Source of the DNA: Chloroflexia bacterium
Lineage (GTDB): Bacteria; Chloroflexota; Chloroflexia; QHBQ01; JADMIH01
Length of the DNA stretch: 38,107 nt
Reading direction: 5' to 3'
NCBI GenBank assembly: GCA_038324555.1
Contig: JBBQIC010000002.1
Span: forward strand, 1 to 38,107
The translations under genes and the position numbers were made by a program. Below, piece after piece: positions 1-9,081 of this stretch (position 1 is its first letter; the number at the start of each line of letters is the position of its first letter). The notes beneath the pieces were generated by a model. It had not been told where the DNA came from, did not search any database, and saw nothing but the letters and a program-made list of their open reading frames with translations.

Positions 1-604
1 ATCTGAAAAGCTGGCGGTCGTTGAGGTCCGACCAGGAGAGCAGTTGCGATCCGGTAGCCCGCGCCTCTTTCAGCGCCTTGACGACCTCCTCGCCCCGGCT
101 GGTGGAAAGCTCGTTGTACTGCGCCAGTCCTTCCTGGAAGCCGACGGGCAGGTTCTGGTCCGACAGTGCGCCCGCGATGATGTGGGTCATCTCGTGGCGG
201 AAAGTCTCGCGGGCAAGCCCAGGGGCTTCCAGGCGAAGGCGCTCGACGGCCACGCCTATCTCCTTGCGCTCCGGGATGGCGTGGGCCAGGATGCCTGGGT
301 GAATCTCCGCCATGGGGTTGGCCTGTGTGTACTCGGCTTCGGTCGCGTAGATGCGCATCGTCAGACCCTCCACAGGCTGCGCGCCCAGTAATTCGCTTAC
401 AGAGGTGTCTACATCGTCCACGAAACCGGCGTACCAGTTGGCAGCCTTCTCTTCGCCACCTGGGTAAGAGATCAGGAAGTAGCGCGTGGAGATATGCTGC
501 TCGGTCTGCGCTATAGCAATATCAGGCGCTAGCGCAGTGGTGAGGAGGAGAAAGAATAGAGAGAACCGCAGCCTGAGGCGGTTCCCGGAAGGGCCTTGGG
601 TCAT
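1..604 (-). CDS. secreted peptidase-MA-like zinc metalloprotease, partial (C-terminal part lies beyond the window start)
   Basis: Absent from the ORF track because it has no stop in the window. My translation of the minus strand from ATG at 604-602 gives MTQGPSGNRLRLRFSLFFLLLTTALAPDIAIAQ... (signal-like) and an HExxH motif (FRHEMTHIIAG) followed by GFQEGLAQY. The + strand ORFs 21..302 and 44..391 are Arg-rich antisense shadows. Confidence 0.6.
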   Translation of the reverse strand, partial: MTQGPSGNRLRLRFSLFFLLLTTALAPDIAIAQTEQHISTRYFLISYPGGEEKAANWYAGFVDDVDTSVSELLGAQPVEGLTMRIYATEAEYTQANPMAEIHPGILAHAIPERKEIGVAVERLRLEAPGLARETFRHEMTHIIAGALSDQNLPVGFQEGLAQYNELSTSRGEEVVKALKEARATGSQLLSWSDLNDRQLFR

Positions 605-962
605 TGTATCACGTACAGTCTAGGATGGACGATTGCCGCGTCGTTTAGCCTGGTAGACAACGTATTATACCATAAGTCAAGTTCTTACAATAATGGGAAA
701 AGCTACCGCGCTAACCCTGCACAAAGCCTGTTTTAATGGTATACTAAAAAGCAATAGCTTCCAGATATAGTAGCATAATTGCGGGTGCGGGTCGCTATCA
801 AGCCATCGCGGCTATGACCAGCATCAATCTTCGGTGCTGTGAATATATAAAATACCCGGCTATGCAATGCCGGCAACAAGGTTTTCCGTAGTGTGGGCGC
901 AAGGCGCCATCACCGCTCTCTTATAGCACCACCCCACCATGAACCAAGAGGAGCAAAAATAG

Positions 963-3900
963 ATGCCGGAACGCTTTGCAAAAACTGGTGTAGGTCAGAA
1001 ACATCCGTATAGATTAGGAAGAAGTCAGTTTCTATTACTGGCAATCATCGGGTTGACGGTTGCGTTGTCGTTAGCCTTGCTGGCGAGCGTCCAGTCTCAT
1101 AGAGCGCAGGCGGGCGCGACTACTAAGTTCGCACTTCCTCTCCCAGACACAGGCAGCAGGGGCAACCGCGAGTCGCTAACGGCGGTAAGCGGGGTCTATC
1201 GGGAAGGACGCTCAGACCCTCGCGCGCCCTTCGCCACCGATACGCCCACACCTACAGCCACTCCTGACCTGATTGACGTGGCGTTGGAACCGACCGTGAC
1301 TTCCCCAGGTAGTACGATAGTGCTCACCTATACCGTATCTGCGCAAAACGCCCTGACGGTGTCGCTGGGGGCGGGAGTGCGTATCAACGGCACCTTTCCC
1401 TTCACATCTGATCCTGCAAACGACCGTACGCTGGGCATAATCGCGGGAACAAGTGTGATCACACGCTCCTTCACTATGCCTAACAGTGGCGGTTCCTATG
1501 ACGTAGTCTGGGGGTTGTGGAGCGCGGGCTTTATTACCCAGTACGACTCTCAGTTGCGCCTCAACGCCCTGACCGTTACCGGACCCACGCCCACCAGTAC
1601 CAACACGAATACACCTACCGCTACGAGTACGAATACGGCGCCGCCCGGAAGCAGCACGCCCACCCCCACTGTCACCAATACCCCCACCAACACCCCCACC
1701 AGCACAAATACCAATACCCCTACAATGACGGGCACACCTACTCAGACAGCTACGCCAACCCAACCTGTACTTGTGGATGTATCGCTTGCACCGACCACAG
1801 CCTTCCGAGGCAGCACACTTGTGCTCAGTTACACGGTGTATAGCCCCAACTCTCAACAGGTAGCCCTGGGTGCAGACACGTCCCCTGACGGTACTAACAA
1901 CTTCACCTCTGACCCTGCTAATGACAGGCCATTAGTGAGTGTGGTCGCCGGTACTAATGTGATTACGCGCTCATTCAATCTGGGTGTGTTGCCAGGCAAC
2001 TCGCCTGCTGGCCCTTATACCGTGCGCTGGGGGTTATTTGCTGGCGGTTTTGGCACGCAATACGGTTTGCAAGTGCGTAACAGCGCCTTCACTATGCTCG
2101 ACATAACGGCTACGCCCACTATTACTTCAACGCCCACGAGAACCAACACGCCTGGTAGCACGACTCCTACCCCAACCAGTCCGCCAAGCAATACTCCTAC
2201 GATCACGCTATCTCCAACTATAACCAATACACCGCAGCCGGGAAGTTTCACGGCTACCCCCACCGTTACCCACACTCCGACCATTACGCCCACTCCGACC
2301 CAGCCTGTGCTGGTTGATGTTGCCCTCGCGCCGACCACAGCCTTCCGTGGCAGTACGCTCGTGTTGAGCTATACGGTATACAGTCCTAATTCTCAACAGG
2401 TAGCCCTGGGCGCGGATACGTCGCCTGATGGTACGGGGAACTTCACTTCTGATCCTGCTAATGACAGGCCATCAGTCAGCGTAGTTGCTGGGACGAACGT
2501 GATTACCCGCTCCTTCAATCTGGGTGTGTTGCCGGGTAACTCGCCGCCCGGCCCTTACACCGTGCGCTGGGGGTTATTTGCAAGCGGTTTTGGCACGCAA
2601 TACGGTTTGCAAGTGCGCAATAGCGCCTTTACTATGCTTGACATAACGGCTACACCCACTATTACTTCAACGCCCACGAGAACCAACACGCCTGGTAGCC
2701 CAACTATAACGTCCACGAACGCGCCTACCAATACCCCCACCAACACCGGGACGAACACGATTACGCCCACCACTACTAATACGACCACGCCGCCGACGAG
2801 CACGTTCACCCCAACCATCACCCGCACTCCCACTATCACTCCCACCCCAACTCAGCCCGTGCTGGTTGATGTTGGCCTTGCGCCAACTGTGGGTGATCCT
2901 GGCGGCTCGTTGGTGCTCTCGTATACGGTGTTTGCCCCAGCCGCGCAAACGGTATCGCTGGGCGCGGGTATTCGTATCAACGGCACCTTCAATTTCACAT
3001 CCGACCCCGCCAACGACCGTACGCTTGGCATAATCGCTGGTACGAGCGTGGTCACGCGCACCTTCGTGATACCTGCCAACAGCGGCGCAGGGTCGTATGA
3101 TGTAATTTGGGGTCTGTGGAGCGCGGGCTTCGTCACCCAGTACGATTCTCAGCTGCGTCTGAACATACTGACCGTCACCGGGCCTTCGCCCACACCAACC
3201 GTAACTGCTCCCCCAACTAACACGCCAACTGACGCGCCTACGAATACGCCGACAGCCACATCAGTCAATACTTTAACACCAACCAATACGCCCTCTAACA
3301 CCCCAACTTACACGCCTACCAATACATTCACATCGCTCCCTACCCATACTTCGACTAACACCGTAACAAGCACAGTCACTGATACCCCTGGAGGACCTAC
3401 GCGCACATCCACCAGGGTTTTCACGCGAACCCGCACTCCAACACGAACCAGTACTTCAACCATCACCTCTACTCCGACTTCGACGGACACCTTCACTAAT
3501 ACGCCGACGATTACACCCACCCCAACGATTACGGACACGCCCACGATTACGAATACTCCCACTAACACGCGCACGCCGACGCCCTTTGGCACGCCTCCGA
3601 CTTCGGTGTTCGTCGGGCACGTAACCTGGCAGGGACCGCCCGGCCAACCCAGCGCCGGACAGCAACTTCCCATTACTCTGACGCTGAAGTTGGGCACTAC
3701 CGAAGCTAATTACCCAAGCCAGAATACCGATGCGAGCGGTTTCTTCACGGTTCCGGTGGACGGCCTCGACAACGGCACGTACATGTGGCGCGTGAAAGGC
3801 CCTAAGTATATCTCTGTGTCGGGTCCGGTCACCCTGGCCGGAGACCCCAGCGTTAGTGTCGAGATGGGCATGATGAGGGTCGGAGACTGCAACGATGACA

Positions 3901-4082
3901 ACCGGATCAACAGCTCGGACTTCAACATTCTGAGACCGAGCTTCGGTAGGTCGTTGGGCGATCCGGGCTATGACGCCCGCGCCGACTTCACAGGGGATAA
4001 TAGGGTCAATTCCTCGGACTTCAATTTCTTGAGAGCGAACTTCAGCTACTCGGGATCGCCGCCCCTTGGCCCTTCTCATTAG
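963..4082 (+). CDS. large secreted or cell-surface modular protein: four Ig-like repeat domains, Thr/Pro linkers, C-terminal beta-sandwich module and dockerin-like repeats
   Basis: ORF track. N-terminal hydrophobic anchor or signal (FLLLAIIGLTVALSLALLA). Four ~110-aa repeats (LIDVALEPT...LTV and LVDVSLAPT...MLDI types) separated by T/P/S/N-rich linkers. C-terminal module VGHVTWQG...GTYMWRVKG is followed by two dockerin-type Ca-binding repeats (DCNDDNRINSSDFNIL and DFTGDNRVNSSDFNFL). Confidence 0.85.
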   Translation: MPERFAKTGVGQKHPYRLGRSQFLLLAIIGLTVALSLALLASVQSHRAQAGATTKFALPLPDTGSRGNRESLTAVSGVYREGRSDPRAPFATDTPTPTATPDLIDVALEPTVTSPGSTIVLTYTVSAQNALTVSLGAGVRINGTFPFTSDPANDRTLGIIAGTSVITRSFTMPNSGGSYDVVWGLWSAGFITQYDSQLRLNALTVTGPTPTSTNTNTPTATSTNTAPPGSSTPTPTVTNTPTNTPTSTNTNTPTMTGTPTQTATPTQPVLVDVSLAPTTAFRGSTLVLSYTVYSPNSQQVALGADTSPDGTNNFTSDPANDRPLVSVVAGTNVITRSFNLGVLPGNSPAGPYTVRWGLFAGGFGTQYGLQVRNSAFTMLDITATPTITSTPTRTNTPGSTTPTPTSPPSNTPTITLSPTITNTPQPGSFTATPTVTHTPTITPTPTQPVLVDVALAPTTAFRGSTLVLSYTVYSPNSQQVALGADTSPDGTGNFTSDPANDRPSVSVVAGTNVITRSFNLGVLPGNSPPGPYTVRWGLFASGFGTQYGLQVRNSAFTMLDITATPTITSTPTRTNTPGSPTITSTNAPTNTPTNTGTNTITPTTTNTTTPPTSTFTPTITRTPTITPTPTQPVLVDVGLAPTVGDPGGSLVLSYTVFAPAAQTVSLGAGIRINGTFNFTSDPANDRTLGIIAGTSVVTRTFVIPANSGAGSYDVIWGLWSAGFVTQYDSQLRLNILTVTGPSPTPTVTAPPTNTPTDAPTNTPTATSVNTLTPTNTPSNTPTYTPTNTFTSLPTHTSTNTVTSTVTDTPGGPTRTSTRVFTRTRTPTRTSTSTITSTPTSTDTFTNTPTITPTPTITDTPTITNTPTNTRTPTPFGTPPTSVFVGHVTWQGPPGQPSAGQQLPITLTLKLGTTEANYPSQNTDASGFFTVPVDGLDNGTYMWRVKGPKYISVSGPVTLAGDPSVSVEMGMMRVGDCNDDNRINSSDFNILRPSFGRSLGDPGYDARADFTGDNRVNSSDFNFLRANFSYSGSPPLGPSH

Positions 4083-4097
4083 TCAGAAATTAGAATA

Positions 4098-4146
4098 AAA
4101 AGGATAGACGAAAAGCCGGGAGAGGCTCGCGTCTGTCCTTTTTATT
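4098..4146 (+). terminator. intrinsic terminator-like hairpin after the 1039-aa gene
   Basis: Stem ggatagacg (4102-4110) pairs with cgtctgtcc (4130-4138) with one mismatch, followed by tttttatt. Confidence 0.55.
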
Positions 4147-4300
4147 GGTCGGACGCTTGTTGTTTCTGTAGTCCAATTTGGTAACATTAGATGAGGTATC
4201 ATTGAAAGATATGAAAGCAGTAAGTAAGGGGGGCATGGTATATGCGGTAGAGTTCGTATCGCCGCAGTTTGTCAACAGGGGAAAGGTTGGTGGAGAGGCT

Positions 4301-5632
4301 ATGGGAAAACCAACTGGAAACCATCTATCGCGTTATTTGAGGGCAATGAATCTCCGGGAGCGCAAGACGCGCATTAGCCTGGCGTTGGCGTTTGTGGGGT
4401 TGGCTCTAACGCTCGGTGGCCCGACGTATCTGTACCCTGCCCTGGGTTTGGGCGGAAATAATGGACAAAAGTCCGAAGTCAAGGCGGGAATGATGGCTAA
4501 CGTGGGGCAGTTGTCCTCAGTTGGCGGATCTGTAAATGTCGCGTTTACAAGGACAGCCCGCCCGCCCGCCCGGATACCAGACCCGGCGTCTCGTACCGCA
4601 CCCGCCGGGGCGCATCCCCGGTCTGGAGAGCAGCCGTTTGCCACTGCTACCCTGGTCCCGACGCCGACATGGAGCCCAACCCCGGCGGCTACCCTCGACC
4701 AACAGACGGTGGAGCTGATCAACCAGAGACGTGTGGGGATGGGCCTCGCGCCTCTGCAACTAGATTTACACCTTGCGGCGGCGGCCCGGCGTCAATCTAA
4801 CGATATAGGCCCGAACGGCTTGTGCCAGCACGAGGGTACGGACGGCACTTCTCCATGGGATCGTATTGACCAATCGGGGTATACAGGGTTCGGGAACGGT
4901 GAAGTCGTGGGGTGTGGGTATGATACACCGCAGTCGGTAGTTGACGCCTGGTGGAACAGCCCCGGCCACTATGCCATCCTGACGGCTTCGGATACGAACG
5001 ACATCGGGTGCGGGTGGTGGCTCACCGGAGACGGCTATGGTTGGCAGACGTGCGACACCGGCATATCGGACCGACCCACCGCCACTCGTACCGCTACCTT
5101 CACCCGCACCAGCACTCCGGGCAGGAGCACCAACACGCCCACGCCTGCGCCAATTTTGGTGGGGCATGTAGTGTGGCAGGGCAGGCCGCCCCAACCGGAT
5201 GCTTTGCAGCAAGGGCCAATCACGCTTACCCTCAAGTCGAGTGCGCGAGAGGTAAATTTTCCCGCCCGGAATACGGACTCCAGCGGCTTCTTCACCGTCT
5301 CTGTGGCTGGGCTGGCGAACGGCACTTATAACTGGCGCGCAAAAGGCCCTCTGTCCCTCGCTAACGCAGGGAGCGTCAGCCTTAGCGGGGCGCGAGTTAC
5401 GAACGTTGCGATGGGCCTGGAAAGGTCCGGAGATGCAAATGGCGACAATATGGTCAGCACTCTTGACCTGAATATAATGAAGATTACGTTAGGCAAAGGC
5501 ATAAGGGACCCAGGCTACGACAGCCGAGCGGATTTTAACGGTGATAATGTAATTGGTTCTTTGGATTACAGGCTGTTATGGATAAATATTGGCCTATCAG
5601 GTGCGCCGCCCGTGCTACCTGGCAACCCATAA
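4301..5632 (+). CDS. membrane-anchored or secreted CAP/SCP (PR-1-like) domain protein with C-terminal beta-sandwich module and dockerin-like repeats
   Basis: ORF track 4178..5632. I prefer ATG 4301, which has ggagagg just upstream and is followed by the TM anchor ISLALAFVGLALTLGG. The CAP/SCP pattern is INQRRVGMGLAPLQLDLHLAAAARRQS...WWNSPGHYAILTASDTNDIGCG. The C-terminus VGHVVWQGRPPQP...GTYNWRAKG plus DANGDNMVSTLDLNIM and DFNGDNVIGSLDY parallels the end of the preceding gene. Confidence 0.8.
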   Translation: MGKPTGNHLSRYLRAMNLRERKTRISLALAFVGLALTLGGPTYLYPALGLGGNNGQKSEVKAGMMANVGQLSSVGGSVNVAFTRTARPPARIPDPASRTAPAGAHPRSGEQPFATATLVPTPTWSPTPAATLDQQTVELINQRRVGMGLAPLQLDLHLAAAARRQSNDIGPNGLCQHEGTDGTSPWDRIDQSGYTGFGNGEVVGCGYDTPQSVVDAWWNSPGHYAILTASDTNDIGCGWWLTGDGYGWQTCDTGISDRPTATRTATFTRTSTPGRSTNTPTPAPILVGHVVWQGRPPQPDALQQGPITLTLKSSAREVNFPARNTDSSGFFTVSVAGLANGTYNWRAKGPLSLANAGSVSLSGARVTNVAMGLERSGDANGDNMVSTLDLNIMKITLGKGIRDPGYDSRADFNGDNVIGSLDYRLLWINIGLSGAPPVLPGNP

Positions 5633-5660
5633 CTCATAACCCCGCGAATCCTGCCAGGTG

Positions 5661-5688
5661 GTAGGGGCGCACGGCCGTGCGCCCCTAC
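5661..5688. repeat. 28-nt perfect palindrome GTAGGGGCGCACGGCCGTGCGCCCCTAC (copy 1), likely bidirectional terminator or REP-like element
   Basis: Perfect palindrome between convergent genes. An identical 28-mer occurs at 17923-17950. The stop codon of the minus-strand GT gene (5685-5687) lies inside it. Confidence 0.8.
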
Positions 5689-6875
5689 GGGTTGCCAGGG
5701 AGCGCAGGCGGACGTTCGATTGTGAGCCTCTCTAACAATGCCACCGGGTATTCCAGTCCCGGCAACTCCTCTATTTCCTTCTGTAGACGTTGCGCGGCTT
5801 GCCGGTAACGCGGCTCCTTCAACACCTCCCATGTGGCGTCTCGGATAGCGTGCGGTAGCCCCGTGTGCCCTTCCGGCTCTATGACGCGCGCCACTCCCAC
5901 CTCCATGCAACGCTGCGCGTTCTCCGGTTGGTCTGCGGCAACTGGAATTATAACCAAAGGAAGGCCAAGGCTTAGGGCGTCCATTATTGTGCCGGAGCCG
6001 CCATGACATAGCGCCAGGTCGCAGTAAGGAAGAAGCAGGTTCTGTGGAATATAGCGTTCGATATGTACATTGGCCGGTCTCTCGCCAAACTCTAGAGGGT
6101 CTCGGTTACGGCCAACAGTAAGTATCAGGTTGATTGGTTCATCTCGAAGGCCTTCGAGTATTGCCGTGAGAATATCGGTCCTTTGGTTGTCGAAAGTGCC
6201 AAGGGTAGCGTATACGGTAGGCTGCTTCTCCATCTCCCCAACCCATTGCGGCAACCCCTCTTCACCCGACTGGCTGAAACCTGTATATCGAAAGAAACGA
6301 GCGGTAAGTGGCACGGGGATCGAAGGGGACCAGAGGCTTGGTGGGCGTGCTGATAGCAATAGGTGTCGGTACAGCAGGTCAGCAGGCTTCTTTGAGGTTA
6401 GTCCGACTGACGCGCACAGACGTGTGAGTGGGGCATCCACCGCCTGCATAAAGAACGTCCATGCAGATGTTATTTGCAGGACAGAGTGAGGAATACCAGC
6501 GCGTTCTGCCGCTATACAACCTGCAAACTCGGTGTTCTCTCGCACCACGACATCAGGACGCCAGTCACGGATAATATTCAGCAGGTCCGGCAGGCTACGC
6601 TCGGCCCTTACACTGGCGAACACGTTCTGTAAAGTGAAATATGTTTGCTCCTGGCGGCTAAGTCCCGCCATTTGCTCCCTGCGCTGTTGTCGTTCTTCCG
6701 GGCTGTCGTTATATCCGGCGGGAAAACAGTGGAAGCCTTTGTCCTCTATGGTTGGACAGAAGCCCGGTGTTGAAGCGAATGCAACCTCATGGCCTGCCTG
6801 TTCCAACGCATGAGCAAGCGGAACAAGGGGGCGCCAATGACTGAAGGTTGGTTGGGTAGTAAACAGCGCCCTCAT
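5685..6875 (-). CDS. family-1 glycosyltransferase (UDP-glycosyltransferase/MGT type)
   Basis: ORF track, 396 aa. The C-terminal donor-binding signature HGGSGTIMDALSLGLPLVIIPVAADQPENA is typical of GT1/GT28-C enzymes. Confidence 0.85.
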   Translation of the reverse strand: MRALFTTQPTFSHWRPLVPLAHALEQAGHEVAFASTPGFCPTIEDKGFHCFPAGYNDSPEERQQRREQMAGLSRQEQTYFTLQNVFASVRAERSLPDLLNIIRDWRPDVVVRENTEFAGCIAAERAGIPHSVLQITSAWTFFMQAVDAPLTRLCASVGLTSKKPADLLYRHLLLSARPPSLWSPSIPVPLTARFFRYTGFSQSGEEGLPQWVGEMEKQPTVYATLGTFDNQRTDILTAILEGLRDEPINLILTVGRNRDPLEFGERPANVHIERYIPQNLLLPYCDLALCHGGSGTIMDALSLGLPLVIIPVAADQPENAQRCMEVGVARVIEPEGHTGLPHAIRDATWEVLKEPRYRQAAQRLQKEIEELPGLEYPVALLERLTIERPPALPGNP

Positions 6876-6886
6876 GATGTTTCCTC

Positions 6887-8842
6887 TTAGTGACCGTACC
6901 CGTGGACGAATGTGACATAGTCTGAAACATCAACCGATCGGTCGCTGTTGAAGTCACCCCTTGGGTTGTAGGCGGGATCGCCTACGACGTGACCATAGGC
7001 GGTTTTGAGAAAGTTGAAGTCGTATAGCGTGAATTGTGCGCCTGGGAGAGGCATGTAGCCGGTCCTGTAGTATGAGGTTATGCCCAGGCGGAGGTAACCG
7101 CCGTCGTCGTCGGGATAGCTAGCCATCATATTGTTGCCGTTGATGGGTGTTGGGTTGGTTATACCATCGTTGCTTAAATCGTAATAGTGGCTTTGCGAGC
7201 CTACTCCCGCCCCGAACATTATACCCATAACGCCCTGATTGGCCCATTCAAGCATATGGCTCCGCCCGCTAGTGGGATTCAGGAAATATTCGGGCCTGTT
7301 GTCCTGATAATGCCCGTTGGAGTTGCTCTCCGTCCGGTACAGACGATTGCCGTTGGGCACTTGCCACATCATAGCGCGCTTCTGCGTCAGCGCCACGATA
7401 CGGCCCAGCCATGCGCCCATTGTGTTAAAGGTCGGCTGCCTGACGTTGTTGTCGTCCCACCATCTGTTGCTCCCATAGGCGATCTGGTAGTAGGCGCTGT
7501 CGCGGTCGAGCGGTGAATAGAACAGCATGTCGAAGCCGGGGCCGAGGCTGTTGATGTAGTTGGCCTCTTTGGTAGCGTGGAGGCCCCAGTTATAGTTGGG
7601 GTCGTTCCTGAGCGAGATCACCACGTCGCCTTCCTCGGTGAAGGGCGACACGTCCAGGCCGAGCGCCACGTTGGGCGCGTACAGGTTCCGAATATGGGCA
7701 AGGGTCTGGTAGAAGCCCCGGAAGGTGTTGGGATAGCCCGCAGCTTCGGGGAAGCCGGACGACGCCACCGAGGATGGTTGGAGAGACGAGTCGTCGTTGG
7801 TGTTGCTCGCGTTAATCATCATCACGCCGTTCAGGTCGGGTTCGATGTCAATCAGCACGCGGCCCTGGTTGGCGCACTTCTGCATGAGGCGCTTCCAATC
7901 CAGGTAGTAGGCGTTCATGGCGGCGGGGTCTTGCAGGTTCGAGTATTCGTCGTAGTTGGGCGCGGATTGGAGTATCTGGTAGTAGATGAAGGCAGTGCTG
8001 ACGGAGATGGCGTTTGAGGCGGCGATATAGTTGGTCACGTATGCGCCATTCGCGCTCCATGTGTACCAGCCATCGCCCGTGTTCACTCCACCCGCCAGAT
8101 ACTGGTATCGCCACTCGATAGGTATACCGGCTGGTATATTCGATGTGGTAGCATTGAACAGGCCATAAGTGAAATGCTGGGGCAGGCCCGACGTCATAGG
8201 CGGCATCGGAGGCAAGGTGGGCGACGGCGTGAATGTGGGCGTGATAGTAGGAGTATTGGTGCGCGTGGGGGTGGCTGTTATATCGAGCATGTTGAAGGCG
8301 CTGGCACGGCGTTCCAGGCCGTATTGCGTGCTGAAATTGGCATCGAACAGACCCCACCGCACGGTGTAGGGACCTGCGGGCCAGCCAGGGGACAACACGC
8401 CCATGTTGAACACACGGGTAACTATATTCATTCCGGCAGCTATGCTGACCACTCTATCGTTGTTAGGGTCGTTGGTGAAAGTGCCCGTGCCGTCGGGGGT
8501 CATGTCCGCGCCCAACGCGACCTGTTGTGCGACCGGGCTGAACACGGTGTAACTGAGCACGATGGTGCTTGCTCTGAAGGCCGTGGTAGGCGCGAGAGCA
8601 ACGTCAATAAGCGTAGGTGTAGTGGGAGTGGGCGACGGCGTAACCGTGTTTGTGATGGTAGTTGCGACGTTTGGGTTGGCCTGGCGGTGGGTTGACGGCA
8701 GGCCTGGCGTAGTTATTCTAATGGATGGTTTGGCGTTTGCCGGTTGGGCCGCAGGTAATGACAAAGTTGTAAGCAGTAAAGCGATTACTGGCAGTGCAAT
8801 GACAAACGGGTGGCCCTTCTTTTCCTTCTCTTTAGGTGTCAT
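6887..8842 (-). CDS. secreted multidomain protein: Ig-like repeat domain, uncharacterised ~430-aa possibly carbohydrate-active domain, degenerate dockerin-like C-terminus
   Basis: ORF track 6887..8956. I prefer ATG at 8842, which has gaggag upstream and gives MTPKEKEKKGHPFVIALPVIALLLTTLSLPAAQPANA (signal peptide). The N-terminal domain LIDVALAPTTAFRASTIVLSYTVFSP...NMLDI is homologous to the B repeats of the 963..4082 protein. The C-terminus is DFNFLK...GDFNSDRSVDVSDYVTF. The function of the central domain is not recognised with confidence. Confidence 0.8.
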   Translation of the reverse strand: MTPKEKEKKGHPFVIALPVIALLLTTLSLPAAQPANAKPSIRITTPGLPSTHRQANPNVATTITNTVTPSPTPTTPTLIDVALAPTTAFRASTIVLSYTVFSPVAQQVALGADMTPDGTGTFTNDPNNDRVVSIAAGMNIVTRVFNMGVLSPGWPAGPYTVRWGLFDANFSTQYGLERRASAFNMLDITATPTRTNTPTITPTFTPSPTLPPMPPMTSGLPQHFTYGLFNATTSNIPAGIPIEWRYQYLAGGVNTGDGWYTWSANGAYVTNYIAASNAISVSTAFIYYQILQSAPNYDEYSNLQDPAAMNAYYLDWKRLMQKCANQGRVLIDIEPDLNGVMMINASNTNDDSSLQPSSVASSGFPEAAGYPNTFRGFYQTLAHIRNLYAPNVALGLDVSPFTEEGDVVISLRNDPNYNWGLHATKEANYINSLGPGFDMLFYSPLDRDSAYYQIAYGSNRWWDDNNVRQPTFNTMGAWLGRIVALTQKRAMMWQVPNGNRLYRTESNSNGHYQDNRPEYFLNPTSGRSHMLEWANQGVMGIMFGAGVGSQSHYYDLSNDGITNPTPINGNNMMASYPDDDGGYLRLGITSYYRTGYMPLPGAQFTLYDFNFLKTAYGHVVGDPAYNPRGDFNSDRSVDVSDYVTFVHGYGH

Positions 8843-9081
8843 CTGTGCTGTTGCTCCTCGTTTTTCCGTTGCGTGGAAGTGCGTCGGCGCCCACAAGGCA
8901 CAGCTATAACCAGCTCCTGGTATAAGAATGGCCCTCTTTCTTCGCTCATAGGGCAATACAAGGTGCTGTTCGTCTAAGAGTGTAACAGAGGATAAGGGCG
9001 ATTCGCAAGTATTTATGGACGTGTTGTAAGACTTCCAGTAGTCTTTTTCTATGAGTATTGGTTCATATAGCCCTGGTAACG

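Noticed and set aside
21-516. + strand ORFs 21..302, 44..391 and 325..516.
   Set aside because: They are Arg/Ser-rich antisense shadows of the minus-strand HExxH peptidase gene, which has a signal peptide and a clean frame from 604 to the window edge.
1212-3697. Many long ORFs on the minus strand and in other + frames within the 1039-aa gene (e.g. 1212..1856, 2015..2338, 2555..2845, 3308..3697).
   Set aside because: They are low-complexity V/G/R-rich translations of the ACN/CCN Thr/Pro-linker DNA and its repeats. They have no starts with an RBS and are fully overlapped by a gene with a coherent domain structure.
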